Shown: positions 55,080-64,000 of the stretch, one piece after another
Position numbering within the stretch: position 1 is the first letter of the stretch
How the letters are laid out: every line of letters begins with the position of its first letter
NCBI GenBank assembly: GCA_030704665.1
Contig: JAUYID010000009.1
Coordinates: 256,832 to 320,831, forward strand
Source: a bacterium
GTDB taxonomy: Bacteria > Patescibacteriota > Microgenomatia > Woykebacterales > RBG-16-39-9b
Length of the DNA stretch: 64,000 nt
Reading direction: 5' to 3'
Notes under the pieces: generated by a model
Told to the model about the DNA's origin: nothing
Databases searched by the model: none
The model's input: the letters and a program-made list of their open reading frames with translations, nothing else
Translations under genes and position numbers: made by a program

Positions 55080-55870
55080 GCGAAAAAATCGTTAATTTTT
55101 CCGACAAACAAGGCAGAAAAATCGTGGGCACTTTGCTTCTTCCTGAGGGTGCAGGCCCCTTTCCCGCGGTTGTAATCTGTCACGGTTTTCGTGGTGATAG
55201 AAACCAGGAAAACTTAACTGAAATAACAGAGGAAACAAGCAAAAAGGATATCGTTACTTTTCGCTTTGACTTTACCAAAGTGCCCGGAGAAAGCGATTTA
55301 CCACTAGAAGATATGACGATAACTTATGAATTGGAAGTTTTGGATTTAGCTCTAGATTTCCTTCGAAAAATTCCAGAAGTTAACAAGGATAAAATAGGTT
55401 TGGCCGGACATTCGTTAGGTGGGCTCGTGGTTGCTTGGTACGCTGCAGCTCATCCAGAGATCAAATCTCTAACACTTCTTTCGGCCGTTTACAACTTTTT
55501 AATCATGTGGAACCACCGTTATGGTGAAGAAACTGCCAAAGAGATGCAAGAAAAGGGCTTTGCCATGATTTATTCAACCAGGTTTAAAAGAGATTTAAAG
55601 ATGAAGGTTGGTTTTTATGAAGATGCGCAGAAGTATGATATTGATCAGGTGATTGATACTTTGACTTGCCCAATACTTGTAATCGCTGGAACTGAGGATG
55701 AAGCAGTAACTTTGGATCATGCCCAGCATTACTTGGATCGGGCTCCAAGCTTACAAAAAGAGTTAAAGATAATTCGGGGTGCTGATCACAACTACACAGA
55801 TCCGAAAAATTTGGAAGAAGTCAAAACCGCAGTGGCGGATTGGTTTGAGAAAACCCTGAATAACCCTTAA
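55076..55870 (+). CDS. Alpha/beta-fold hydrolase
   Basis: CHGF, GHSLGG, GTEDEAV, GADHNY. Confidence 0.9.
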   Translation: MSEKIVNFSDKQGRKIVGTLLLPEGAGPFPAVVICHGFRGDRNQENLTEITEETSKKDIVTFRFDFTKVPGESDLPLEDMTITYELEVLDLALDFLRKIPEVNKDKIGLAGHSLGGLVVAWYAAAHPEIKSLTLLSAVYNFLIMWNHRYGEETAKEMQEKGFAMIYSTRFKRDLKMKVGFYEDAQKYDIDQVIDTLTCPILVIAGTEDEAVTLDHAQHYLDRAPSLQKELKIIRGADHNYTDPKNLEEVKTAVADWFEKTLNNP

Positions 55871-55993
55871 AAGAGATCTAGCAAGCTAGACTGTTTCCAG
55901 TGTCACTGAAGGGAGCAAAGCTACTTGTTTTCAAAACGAAATGAGATGCAGGGGCCTACCATTTTTTGGTAGAATTAAAGAAAGAAACTGCCA

Positions 55994-56875
55994 ATGACCA
56001 TTTCTGCAAAAAAACTTTCTAGATTTACCTACCAAAGGGGCTTCACCCTCATTGAAATCTTGATTTCCGCGACGGTTATTATTATCCTGAGTTTGATCGC
56101 TCTTGCTTCCTACAATACATTTGCTCGGCAAATCAACCTGGATACCACTACCCAAAATGTCATCAGTACCTTACGTTTGGCTCAGACAAGGACGAAAGCT
56201 TCAGAGGCAGATACAAGGTACGGGGTGCACTTCGAAACAACAAAGTATGTGCTTTTCTCAGGAGATACTTACACGGTCGGGGCGGTCGGAAACAAAGAGT
56301 ACCTTCTTAGCTCGGTGGAAATTTATCAGATAAATTTGAACGGTGGTGGTAGTGAAGTAATCTTTGATCGCATTCGGGGTACCACCTCAAATTTTGGTTC
56401 GGTTGATCTTCGTTTGATTGACAATCCGGCTCGAAGTCAACAGGTTTTGATTGGCATTAGTGGGGAAGTTTCCCTTGAAAATCCCGTTTCTCCGACAGGG
56501 ACGAGACTGACGGATAGTCGTCATCTACACTTTGATTTGGGTTGGAGTATACAAAGCAAAACTACACTGACTCTTACCTTCACCGATACACCGAATCCAA
56601 CTGTTGTCAAAAACATTCCTATGGCGACTTATTTTGACTCTGGAAAAACTGTTTTTGACTGGTCCGGAACAGTCAATGTTAACGGTTCAAATCAGGTTCT
56701 GCGGGTGCATACCCATCTTCTTGACGCTTTTAGCACTATCTTGAGTATTCAGCGCGATCGTCGTTACAATGATAAAGCCCTGAACCTGACAATTGATGGT
56801 TTGGATATCGTTACTTATACCGCTGCCGGAACGGCCAGCGTTGGCGCTTCCGGTGGCACCATGACTGCTCAATGA
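55994..56875 (+). CDS. Type IV minor pilin (FimT/PulH-like)
   Basis: RGFTLIEILI prepilin motif. Confidence 0.85.
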   Translation: MTISAKKLSRFTYQRGFTLIEILISATVIIILSLIALASYNTFARQINLDTTTQNVISTLRLAQTRTKASEADTRYGVHFETTKYVLFSGDTYTVGAVGNKEYLLSSVEIYQINLNGGGSEVIFDRIRGTTSNFGSVDLRLIDNPARSQQVLIGISGEVSLENPVSPTGTRLTDSRHLHFDLGWSIQSKTTLTLTFTDTPNPTVVKNIPMATYFDSGKTVFDWSGTVNVNGSNQVLRVHTHLLDAFSTILSIQRDRRYNDKALNLTIDGLDIVTYTAAGTASVGASGGTMTAQ

Positions 56876-57363
56876 AAAAATTTGAAAGAAACAAAAAAGA
56901 AAAAGGTTTTGCACTACTTGAGATTCTGATTGCCTTGGTGGTGATCACCATCTCTTTTCTAGCGGGAGTCAGCTTCCTCTTTTTTGCGCGTCAAGCTTCT
57001 TCCAAAGCGATTCAAAAAACCGAAGCAGTTTCACTTGCGGAAGAAGCTCTTGAGGCCGTGAGAAATTTACGAGACGAGAGCTGGTCTGGCAACATTGAAG
57101 CGCTGGCAGCCGGGACCACTTACTATCCGACTCTTTCTGCGGGGAAGTGGACTCTTTCAACGACAAACCCCTCTAGTAGTTCAACCTACACGACGACGGT
57201 TGTTTTTTCCCTAGTAAATCGAGATGCCAGCGCCAATATTAGTGCTGTCGGTAGCAACGACCCCAACACTAGAAAAATTGTTGCTAGCGTCAGTTGGAAA
57301 GAAGCAAATACGACCGAAACAGTTGCTTTGACGGCTTATGTGACCAATTTCTTGGGCAATTGA
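56872..57363 (+). CDS. Type IV minor pilin (PilV-like)
   Basis: KGFALLEILIA. Confidence 0.85.
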   Translation: MKKFERNKKEKGFALLEILIALVVITISFLAGVSFLFFARQASSKAIQKTEAVSLAEEALEAVRNLRDESWSGNIEALAAGTTYYPTLSAGKWTLSTTNPSSSSTYTTTVVFSLVNRDASANISAVGSNDPNTRKIVASVSWKEANTTETVALTAYVTNFLGN

Positions 57364-57375
57364 GCGGGAAAATTT

Positions 57376-57945
57376 ATGAAAAGATTGGTTCCAGACAACT
57401 TAAAAAACAAAAAAGGTCGACTCCGAGCAGGAGAAGAAGGGTTTACTTTGATAGAAACCCTAGTTTACGTCTTTGCTTTGATTTTCATCATGAGTGTTTT
57501 GATAGTGGTTCTCTTTCAGCTCATTGCTTTGAACGAAAGCTCGCGTCGTTCCCGAGAGGCGGTTTCGAACGCCCGTCTTGCTTTGGATGCGGTTGCTCAG
57601 GAAGTCCGTCACGCCAAAGGAATTTACACACCAACAAGTGTTTTTGGAACCAACCCTGGACAGTTGAGCTTGGAAACGACTCGGGATCTACCGGCAGAGG
57701 AAGACACTACCTACGTAGATTTTTATATTGATGACTCTGGTCTTTATCTTAAACGTGAAGAACAAGCAGCAGTCTTGGTTACCTCAGAAAAAATTAAGAT
57801 CACCAACTTTGCTGTGACCGAGTTAAACAGTGCTGCGACTACTCCGGCGGTGCAAATTCAGTTGACCGCTGAGTACGACTCACCGGTTTCAGGAAGTAAA
57901 AATACAGTTAGTTTAGAAACGACCGCTTCTTTGAGGTCTTATTAG
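57376..57945 (+). CDS. Type IV minor pilin (PilW-like)
   Basis: EGFTLIETLV. Confidence 0.85.
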   Translation: MKRLVPDNLKNKKGRLRAGEEGFTLIETLVYVFALIFIMSVLIVVLFQLIALNESSRRSREAVSNARLALDAVAQEVRHAKGIYTPTSVFGTNPGQLSLETTRDLPAEEDTTYVDFYIDDSGLYLKREEQAAVLVTSEKIKITNFAVTELNSAATTPAVQIQLTAEYDSPVSGSKNTVSLETTASLRSY

Positions 57946-57949
57946 AAAA

Positions 57950-59740
57950 ATGAGAAACAAAAATTTTAAAAAAGAAAAGGGACAAGCCGCGCTCATCACT
58001 ATTTTGATCATTGCCTCGGTTTTGGCGATTTTGGTGGCTGCTTTTGGAGCCCTGACTGTTAATGATTTGAAGACAATCGACAAAGTAACTTCTTCGTCGC
58101 AGAGTTATTATGTTGCCGAGTCTGGCATTGAGGATGCCTTGGTGCGCATCGCCAACAAACTTCCTTACTCGAACAACTATACTTTGGCAGTCGGCAACGG
58201 CAGTACCGAAGTAGAGGTGAGTGGGACAGTCAATGCCTTGGTAGTTACTTCCAAGGGTAATGTCAGCAACCATTTTCGAAAACTTTCTGTCAATTTGGAC
58301 GCCACCACTCACAGTAGCCAGATTGCCTTTAACTACGGTCTTCAGGTAAATTATGGTGGTTTGATTATGTCGAACAACTCAGGAGTGAACGGCAACGTCT
58401 ATTCCAACGGAGATATTTTGGGTTCAAACGGTGCTTTTATTTCCGGGAGTGCCTATGCGGCCAACTCTCCAGCGTTAGCAGCAGATCAGGTCAATGATTC
58501 GCCCCTTCCACCCGGAAGTTCAATTGTTTTTGGCAATGCGACCGCTAGTCAGGATTTGGCCCAAAGTTTTCAAGTCTCAGTAACAGAACCAATCAGCAAA
58601 ATTCAACTTTACCTCAAAAAAACAGGTTCTCCTACGAATGCTACCGTCAGGATCGTAAACAATAATTCGGGTAGTCCCGGTACCATCACAATCGATTCCG
58701 GAACTCTCGCCTCTTCGACGGTAGGCAGTTCCTATAGTTGGATCGATGTCAACATGAACTCTGGAGCTCAACTGAGCAGTGAGACTACCTATTGGTTGGT
58801 GGTTGATGCCTCAACCGGCAGCGGAACGAAAAACTTCACTGTTGGAGCAAACAATACCTATAGCCTTGGTCAAGCCAAAATCGGACAATTCTCCGGAAGC
58901 TGGAACAATACCTCTCCGTCTGGACTGGACGCCTATTTCAAAGTTTATCTGGGAGGCACCACCGGAGTGATTGACAACGTTAACATTGGAACTTCAGGAG
59001 TTGGGGACGCGCACGCGCACGTGATTACAGATTCGACCATAACCGGCAGTGTCTACTGCCAAAGTGGTTCTGGAAACAACAAAGTCTGTGATACTTCCCA
59101 ACCAGATCCAACTCCCCAAAACCTTCCAATTTCTCAGGCCAACATTGATGATTGGCAGGCAGAAGCGGCGGCGGGGGGAACTTTGAGTGGAAACTATACT
59201 CTTGACAATGGCGCCGTTGGTTCTTTGGGGCCGACAGTTATCACCGGGGATCTAAACTTATCGAACAACGTGACGTTTACGATGACTGGGACAATTTGGG
59301 TGCAAGGAAAGATCAATTTGGAAAATAACGTCACTATGAAGCTTGATCCGGGCTATGGTTCAAGCGGGGGAATTCTCCTTGCTAGTGGCTATATCAACTT
59401 GGTCAACAACGCTATTTTCCAGGGTTCTGGGGACCCAAACAGTTATTTTCTTTTGCTGACGACCAATGATTGTGTTGGTTCGGGGAGCCCGACTGGTCTG
59501 ACTTGCACCGGGTCAAACTCAGCCATGGATGTTTCCAACAATGTCGGCTCAGTGATACTTTATTCTTCGCGGGGACAGATAAATCTAGCTAACAATGCTG
59601 AGGCCAAAGAAGTAAATGGTTACAAGGTTTTCTTGTCCAACAACGCCACCATTAATTATCAAAGCGGATTGGCGAACGCCAATTTTTCTTCTGGTCCTGG
59701 AGGTGGCTACAATATTAGCAATTGGATTGAGATTAGCTGA
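57950..59740 (+). CDS. PilX-like pilin with large beta-helical C-terminal region
   Basis: KGQAALITIL (no E5), YYVAESGIEDAL; repeated L(S/E/A)NN beta-solenoid motifs. Confidence 0.8.
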   Translation: MRNKNFKKEKGQAALITILIIASVLAILVAAFGALTVNDLKTIDKVTSSSQSYYVAESGIEDALVRIANKLPYSNNYTLAVGNGSTEVEVSGTVNALVVTSKGNVSNHFRKLSVNLDATTHSSQIAFNYGLQVNYGGLIMSNNSGVNGNVYSNGDILGSNGAFISGSAYAANSPALAADQVNDSPLPPGSSIVFGNATASQDLAQSFQVSVTEPISKIQLYLKKTGSPTNATVRIVNNNSGSPGTITIDSGTLASSTVGSSYSWIDVNMNSGAQLSSETTYWLVVDASTGSGTKNFTVGANNTYSLGQAKIGQFSGSWNNTSPSGLDAYFKVYLGGTTGVIDNVNIGTSGVGDAHAHVITDSTITGSVYCQSGSGNNKVCDTSQPDPTPQNLPISQANIDDWQAEAAAGGTLSGNYTLDNGAVGSLGPTVITGDLNLSNNVTFTMTGTIWVQGKINLENNVTMKLDPGYGSSGGILLASGYINLVNNAIFQGSGDPNSYFLLLTTNDCVGSGSPTGLTCTGSNSAMDVSNNVGSVILYSSRGQINLANNAEAKEVNGYKVFLSNNATINYQSGLANANFSSGPGGGYNISNWIEIS

Positions 59741-59778
59741 TAGAGCTGGTATATTAGAAGAGCTACTTTTATCTGCCT

Positions 59779-60327
59779 ATGCTGTTTTTTGGAAAAAACA
59801 ACCGACAAGACATCAACCTCATTCCCGAAGAGGAACAGATTCTAAGAAAAAAGAAGAATTTTCGGCTCTTGCTTGGTTTTGCAGTGCTCGTTTTTAGCGT
59901 AGTTGCCTTGACACTGGTCGCTATTTTTATTTTGCTCCTCTCTGAGAAGAGCAAAGCCAAGGATGTTCAAGTCAAAACAGAGACTGAACTTTTGAACTGG
60001 CAGAAAGTTGCCAGTGCGGCGGCTAGTTTAAACAAAGTCAGCCAGCGTTACAATTCTTACAAGTCTTTTTCTTTGGCTCAATCCAAACTGGAATTAAAGC
60101 TGGAAAAATTAGCAAAGAAACTACCGAACAAGGTACAGCTTTTAAACCTCTTCGTAGACAACAGCGGTAAAGCCAAAATTGCGGGCAAAGCTGCCTCTGC
60201 CGATGTCGCTTACCAGCTCTTGCAGATTTTCCAATCTCAAAGTGACTTTGCTTCAGTAAGTCTATCTGCTTTGACCAAAGGTCAAAGCAATGATGTGACT
60301 TTCAGTTTGGATTTGGTGATACATTAA
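59779..60327 (+). CDS. pilN: PilN-like protein
   Basis: INLIP motif + TM, LPNKVQLLNL. Confidence 0.8.
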   Translation: MLFFGKNNRQDINLIPEEEQILRKKKNFRLLLGFAVLVFSVVALTLVAIFILLLSEKSKAKDVQVKTETELLNWQKVASAAASLNKVSQRYNSYKSFSLAQSKLELKLEKLAKKLPNKVQLLNLFVDNSGKAKIAGKAASADVAYQLLQIFQSQSDFASVSLSALTKGQSNDVTFSLDLVIH

Positions 60328-61079
60328 TGGACAAAAGATTACGGAAGCTAGCTAAAGATATTCAAGCAAGCGGTGTTTTTTTTCTCCTTGGTGGGACGAG
60401 CAGCTTAGTTATCGGGGTTCTCTTGTTTTATTTTGTTGGGATGCCTCTTTTGAGACAAGTGAATGATTTAAAGGAAAAAAACGCCCAAGCCGATCAAGTT
60501 TTGGAAACAATCCGCAACAATGTTGCAGCGGTTTCATCAGTTGATGCGCTGGAAGTTGCCGAGCTAGACGTAGTTACCAGTAAGTTGTTACCCTCGAGCA
60601 GCGACCATGTTCGGGTCGCGGCCTTGCTTGATGTGATTGCACTTGCTTCTGGTGGAAGAATTACCAACATTCAAGCAACTGATACAAGTTCGCCTCGTAG
60701 CAACCCAAGCACCCCAGTCACCTTGACTCAGGGTAGTGGGACGGGGACTTCAAGCTACACTATGACGGTGAATTTTGAAGGCACCTTTCCTTCTCTACTA
60801 AAGTTTCTTACTTCTTTGCGCTGGGCCGATCGTGTCTTTGGGGTCGCTGATTTGACCGCGGCTGGTAGTCAAAATGGTACAAATTTGGTGCAAGTCAAAC
60901 TGAGTCTGAAGCTGCCTTTAACGCTGACGCAGACCCAGGAACTATCGCCCCAACAAGAGGTTTTACTTCTTTCTAAAAATGACGCCGACGAAATAAAAGC
61001 CTTACAGAAAAACATTCTTTTCAGGGTGAAACCAGCTAGCCAACCTCTTTCACGAACGAATCCTTTTGCGAGTTATTGA
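60327..61079 (+). CDS. pilO: PilO-like protein
   Basis: TM, coiled coil, LLP, FEGTFPSLLKFL, C-terminal RTNPF. Confidence 0.75.
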   Translation: MDKRLRKLAKDIQASGVFFLLGGTSSLVIGVLLFYFVGMPLLRQVNDLKEKNAQADQVLETIRNNVAAVSSVDALEVAELDVVTSKLLPSSSDHVRVAALLDVIALASGGRITNIQATDTSSPRSNPSTPVTLTQGSGTGTSSYTMTVNFEGTFPSLLKFLTSLRWADRVFGVADLTAAGSQNGTNLVQVKLSLKLPLTLTQTQELSPQQEVLLLSKNDADEIKALQKNILFRVKPASQPLSRTNPFASY

Positions 61080-61169
61080 AAAATATCAATTGAAGAGAAA
61101 GGGTGGCTTGGGGTCACCCGGGTTGGAGGATTTCAAGACCAGGCGACCCCAGTTTGCGAAAGCAAACCT

Positions 61170-61760
61170 TCAGTATCCCCGACTGCCGTTGTGGCGGTTT
61201 CGGTCGAGTTTGAAGGCTTCTTCAAGGGTGGTTTCTCTTCTTCTCCGTGAATTGAAGCTGCCGTTGGTAGTACCCGGCCGAGGGTATTCGTTTTGGCGTC
61301 TTGATGGAACAACCAGAGACGACTCCCGGGTAAAGACCTCGTAACGGTGTCCGTCTGCAACAGTTGTCCCTCTGCGGCTTGCCTCGGTTAAGCGTTGACC
61401 ATCGACCCAAACCGCGGCTAGCATCCGCTGCCTGATTAGAAAGCGGACCGCGGTTGGCAGATAGATCAGGTCCAGACCGAAGACTGGAAACTCCTGTACT
61501 TCCGTCTGCCCACCTGCTTGGTGAACTACTACTTCTACCTTGCGGGTGAAGAAAAGCCGGTCACCTTCCTCGACTTTCCGTCTGACCACCTCACTTGATG
61601 GGGTAGAGAAGGAATCGAAGGCAACGACTTGGTCCAGGTCACCTGGGACTCTCAGTGGTTTGAAGAGTCTCCCGATTTCGACGCCGGCGCTGATTCTCAG
61701 GTCCACTCCAGGGCGCTCCGGTCCGAAGAGAACCGAGATGTTGACACTTGATCCAGACAT
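61170..61760 (-). CDS. Protein with two tandem ubiquitin-like (beta-grasp) domains
   Basis: EEGDRLFFTRK; VWVDGQRLTE...VADGHRYEV; paralog of 61923-62426. Confidence 0.55.
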   Translation of the reverse strand: MSGSSVNISVLFGPERPGVDLRISAGVEIGRLFKPLRVPGDLDQVVAFDSFSTPSSEVVRRKVEEGDRLFFTRKVEVVVHQAGGQTEVQEFPVFGLDLIYLPTAVRFLIRQRMLAAVWVDGQRLTEASRRGTTVADGHRYEVFTRESSLVVPSRRQNEYPRPGTTNGSFNSRRRRETTLEEAFKLDRNRHNGSRGY

Positions 61761-61922
61761 AGATAAGCCCCTCTCTTCTTTTTTGTGAGGCTATTTTAGA
61801 ATTTTGCAGCCTAGTTGTCAAATTTTTCGTGGGTAAAACGAAAAGATGAAGTGGGCCAGATTCCAGGGTGGTTTCCGGCCCAGAGATGAGTGTTGATCAG
61901 ATTTGGTCTGGACCCGAGGGTT

Positions 61923-62426
61923 TTAGGGGTCCCAGGGCTCAATGACCGTGTCGTCGTCAGCGACATAGGTGGTCGACATCTGCTCTTCGGTGAGAACTAC
62001 TCCGTCGACTCTCACCTGGTTGGTCAGGTGGATTCTGGTTGCCTGCTCGATCGCCGGCACCATCTCCGTGATGGTAAGCCCGACGACAGGTACACTGCGG
62101 GCTGCGACCAGTTCCTCCCCGAGAATACCCATGATCCTCACTAGTCGTTTCTTGGTGAGGAAGACGAGATCCCCCTCAGTGAGGACCCGTCTTGATTCGG
62201 ACAGGGTCACCGGGTTGGCGTAGTCGCCGTTCAGAACAACTACTCGAAGATCGCCGCTATCAACGAAACGAGCGTTGACGAAGTCCGGCAGGGTTGTTCC
62301 TTCAGGAATGTTGAGGTACTGCAGCGGCCCGCGTTCGACACGCACCCGAACACAGATCTGAGTCGGTACCCCGGGTTTGGGCGCAGCTGAGCTGGGTTTG
62401 GCTCTTGATAAGGTAGCAGTTCCCAC
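61923..62426 (-). CDS. Protein with two tandem ubiquitin-like (ThiS/MoaD-like) domains
   Basis: IPEGTTL...VVLNG...LTEGDLVFL; VRVDGVVLTE...VADDDTV; SD AAAGGAG. Confidence 0.6.
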   Translation of the reverse strand: MGTATLSRAKPSSAAPKPGVPTQICVRVRVERGPLQYLNIPEGTTLPDFVNARFVDSGDLRVVVLNGDYANPVTLSESRRVLTEGDLVFLTKKRLVRIMGILGEELVAARSVPVVGLTITEMVPAIEQATRIHLTNQVRVDGVVLTEEQMSTTYVADDDTVIEPWDP

Positions 62427-62618
62427 AATCTTCTCCTTTGAACTAACTTGCCTGTGGTTGTTACCCCAGTTTGCTTTTGTCTTCCCTCCTTTTCACTCCC
62501 GAGCCTTGTTGTGATTTTAGGACTCTTTTTATTTGCTTGTCAATTCCAAAAAGGAAAGCCTCCAGGCGAATTTTTGGTCTCGTTTAACTAATTAGAAAAT
62601 TTGTGCTATAGTTTTTTT

Positions 62619-63044
62619 ATGGATGAAAAAAACTGGCAAGAGTCAGTTTTGGCTAGCATTCCGGATATTGCTATGGTAGTCAACAAAGACGGCAATATTC
62701 TTTACATCAACCACATCTTGCCGCAGTTCACCCGCGAAGAAGTCATTGGCTCTTCGGTGAACAACTATATTCCATCAGCCTATCACGAAACTTACAAAGA
62801 GGCTCTCAAAGAAGTTTTCGGCTCAAGTGCTAGTAAAGACTTCATCGTCACCGGCGCAGGACCGAACAACTCGACTTCTTGGTACTTGACGAGGATCGGA
62901 CCGATCAAATCTGGTGAAACTGTTGAGGCAGCCGCTATCATTTCTACAGATATCACTCCAAGAATGATGATCGATGACGATCTCAAGGCTGCCAAGGCTG
63001 AGGTTGACCGACTTCAAACTCAACTCAACGAGCTCCAAAAATAA
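62619..63044 (+). CDS. Stand-alone PAS-domain protein with coiled coil
   Basis: SIPDIAMVVNKDGNILYIN...FTREEVIG...STDIT. Confidence 0.85.
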   Translation: MDEKNWQESVLASIPDIAMVVNKDGNILYINHILPQFTREEVIGSSVNNYIPSAYHETYKEALKEVFGSSASKDFIVTGAGPNNSTSWYLTRIGPIKSGETVEAAAIISTDITPRMMIDDDLKAAKAEVDRLQTQLNELQK

Positions 63045-63188
63045 ATTAATTTCCTGATTAGTTAAAAGTGAAAAAGTTTAGGAAAAAGAGGTCTGAAGGC
63101 CGGCTAGCTGTGTGTGCTGTACCAGGGAGGGTGCATACAGACACAGACTAGCCGACCCACACCTCATCGGTCTATCACGGCAGAGTGA

Positions 63189-63338
63189 TCAGACCGAAGA
63201 AGTCTCGCCGCAGGCCATCCAGTACGGGGATGAGCTGACGGCTTTGGCCTCGTCGGTGGCGACGTGCTTCATCGCGATCACATCGATCGTCGACGAGTTA
63301 GTCGGAGAGCCGCGAGGGCCGTGGATGGTGGTCATCAT
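63189..63338 (-). CDS. 49-aa peptide (not in the ORF track)
   Basis: TTGACA promoter, SD AAGGAGG, MMTTIHGPRGSPTNSSTIDVIAMKHVATDEAKAVSSSPYWMACGETSSV, downstream hairpin. Confidence 0.5.
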   Translation of the reverse strand: MMTTIHGPRGSPTNSSTIDVIAMKHVATDEAKAVSSSPYWMACGETSSV

Positions 63339-63452
63339 GACCGACCTCCTTGGAACGTTCTCAAGCACGTAGGTTTTTACGTGTGAGAACTCTTGCCGAT
63401 ACTAGAAATTATTAGGCAAGCAGACAGTATTTGTCAATAAAAAGGCAAAGAA

Positions 63453-63944
63453 TTAAATTTTGAGGATCTGGCCGACAATGAGTCCAATGCAAGTAGCGAT
63501 AGCACCAATGACAAAAAGTTCGACTGCACTTCGCAAAGGAGAAACCCTGACTAGTTTTCCTTTGATATAGCCAACAGCAAAAAGGCCGAGGAAAGCAAAA
63601 ATTATACTCCAAATTCGTCCGGTGGTTGGGTTGGCAAGGATAAAAGGCATGATTGGTATCAAACCGGAGAGAAAGTAAGCAACAAACATGATCGTCGCCC
63701 CCAAAACTAAACTGTCAGTATGTTTGCCACTAGTATCAAGTTGGTGAACCGCCTTTTCAGAGGAATATTGTCCAGCGGCCATTGAAGTGGCTTCGACTGT
63801 TACCGCCACGAAAGCTGCCAAAATTATTATCGCTTTTGAATCAACTCCGGTGCTGATGCCGACGACCACACCAGTGGTCGAAACCAGACCATCTTGCAGC
63901 CCAAAGAGGGCACTGCGCAGGTAGTCTTCGTGAATTCCGTTCAT
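63453..63944 (-). CDS. VIT1/CCC1-family Fe/Mn transporter
   Basis: LRSALFGLQDGLVST, SMAAGQYSS. Confidence 0.92.
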   Translation of the reverse strand: MNGIHEDYLRSALFGLQDGLVSTTGVVVGISTGVDSKAIIILAAFVAVTVEATSMAAGQYSSEKAVHQLDTSGKHTDSLVLGATIMFVAYFLSGLIPIMPFILANPTTGRIWSIIFAFLGLFAVGYIKGKLVRVSPLRSAVELFVIGAIATCIGLIVGQILKI

Positions 63945-64000
63945 AATATGATTGTACTACAAAGTTATTAACGTAAATATAAAACCTATAGTGGTTGACT

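Noticed and set aside
63112-63372. 86-aa plus-strand ORF
   Set aside because: Promoter, SD and hairpin all support the minus-strand 49-aa ORF instead.

Overview
Bacterial genome segment (standard code 11) that looks like a Patescibacteria/CPR (Microgenomates-type) chromosome. This assignment is an inference from reduced gene clusters (tsf-frr-rseP-proS without pyrH/uppS/cdsA, short Mfd), CPR-type pilins and a PaaX/Cas2-like gene. The core backbone holds secE, a tRNA-Thr/Tyr/Thr/Trp cluster with rpmG, rpmB, a def-fmt fusion, mreBCD-mrdA-dprA-topA, tmk, rpsB-tsf-frr-rseP-proS, rpsU-ybeY-pth, mfd, dnaX-ybaB-recR, cysS and type IV pilus genes. Short GC-richer orphan cassettes with their own promoter, SD and terminator are interspersed. 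Main leads: (1) a wHTH+Cas2-like (PaaX-family) gene bracketed by two direct copies of a 34-bp palindrome that recurs at four other intergenic sites; (2) an unusual thymidylate operon (dcd, a catalytically degenerate dcd paralog, a degenerate CYTH protein and an MtrA-ThyA-DUF4346 fusion), in which Dcd and the ThyA fusion share a C-terminal peptide and the leader is strongly structured; (3) tRNA half-gene copies interrupted by twin-hairpin inserts, with a similar duplicated N-terminus in front of pth; (4) a ~1.6-kb tract of promoter-led, highly base-paired putative ncRNAs; (5) two paralogous tandem ubiquitin-like proteins. All calls come from reading the sequence by eye; no database searches were run.
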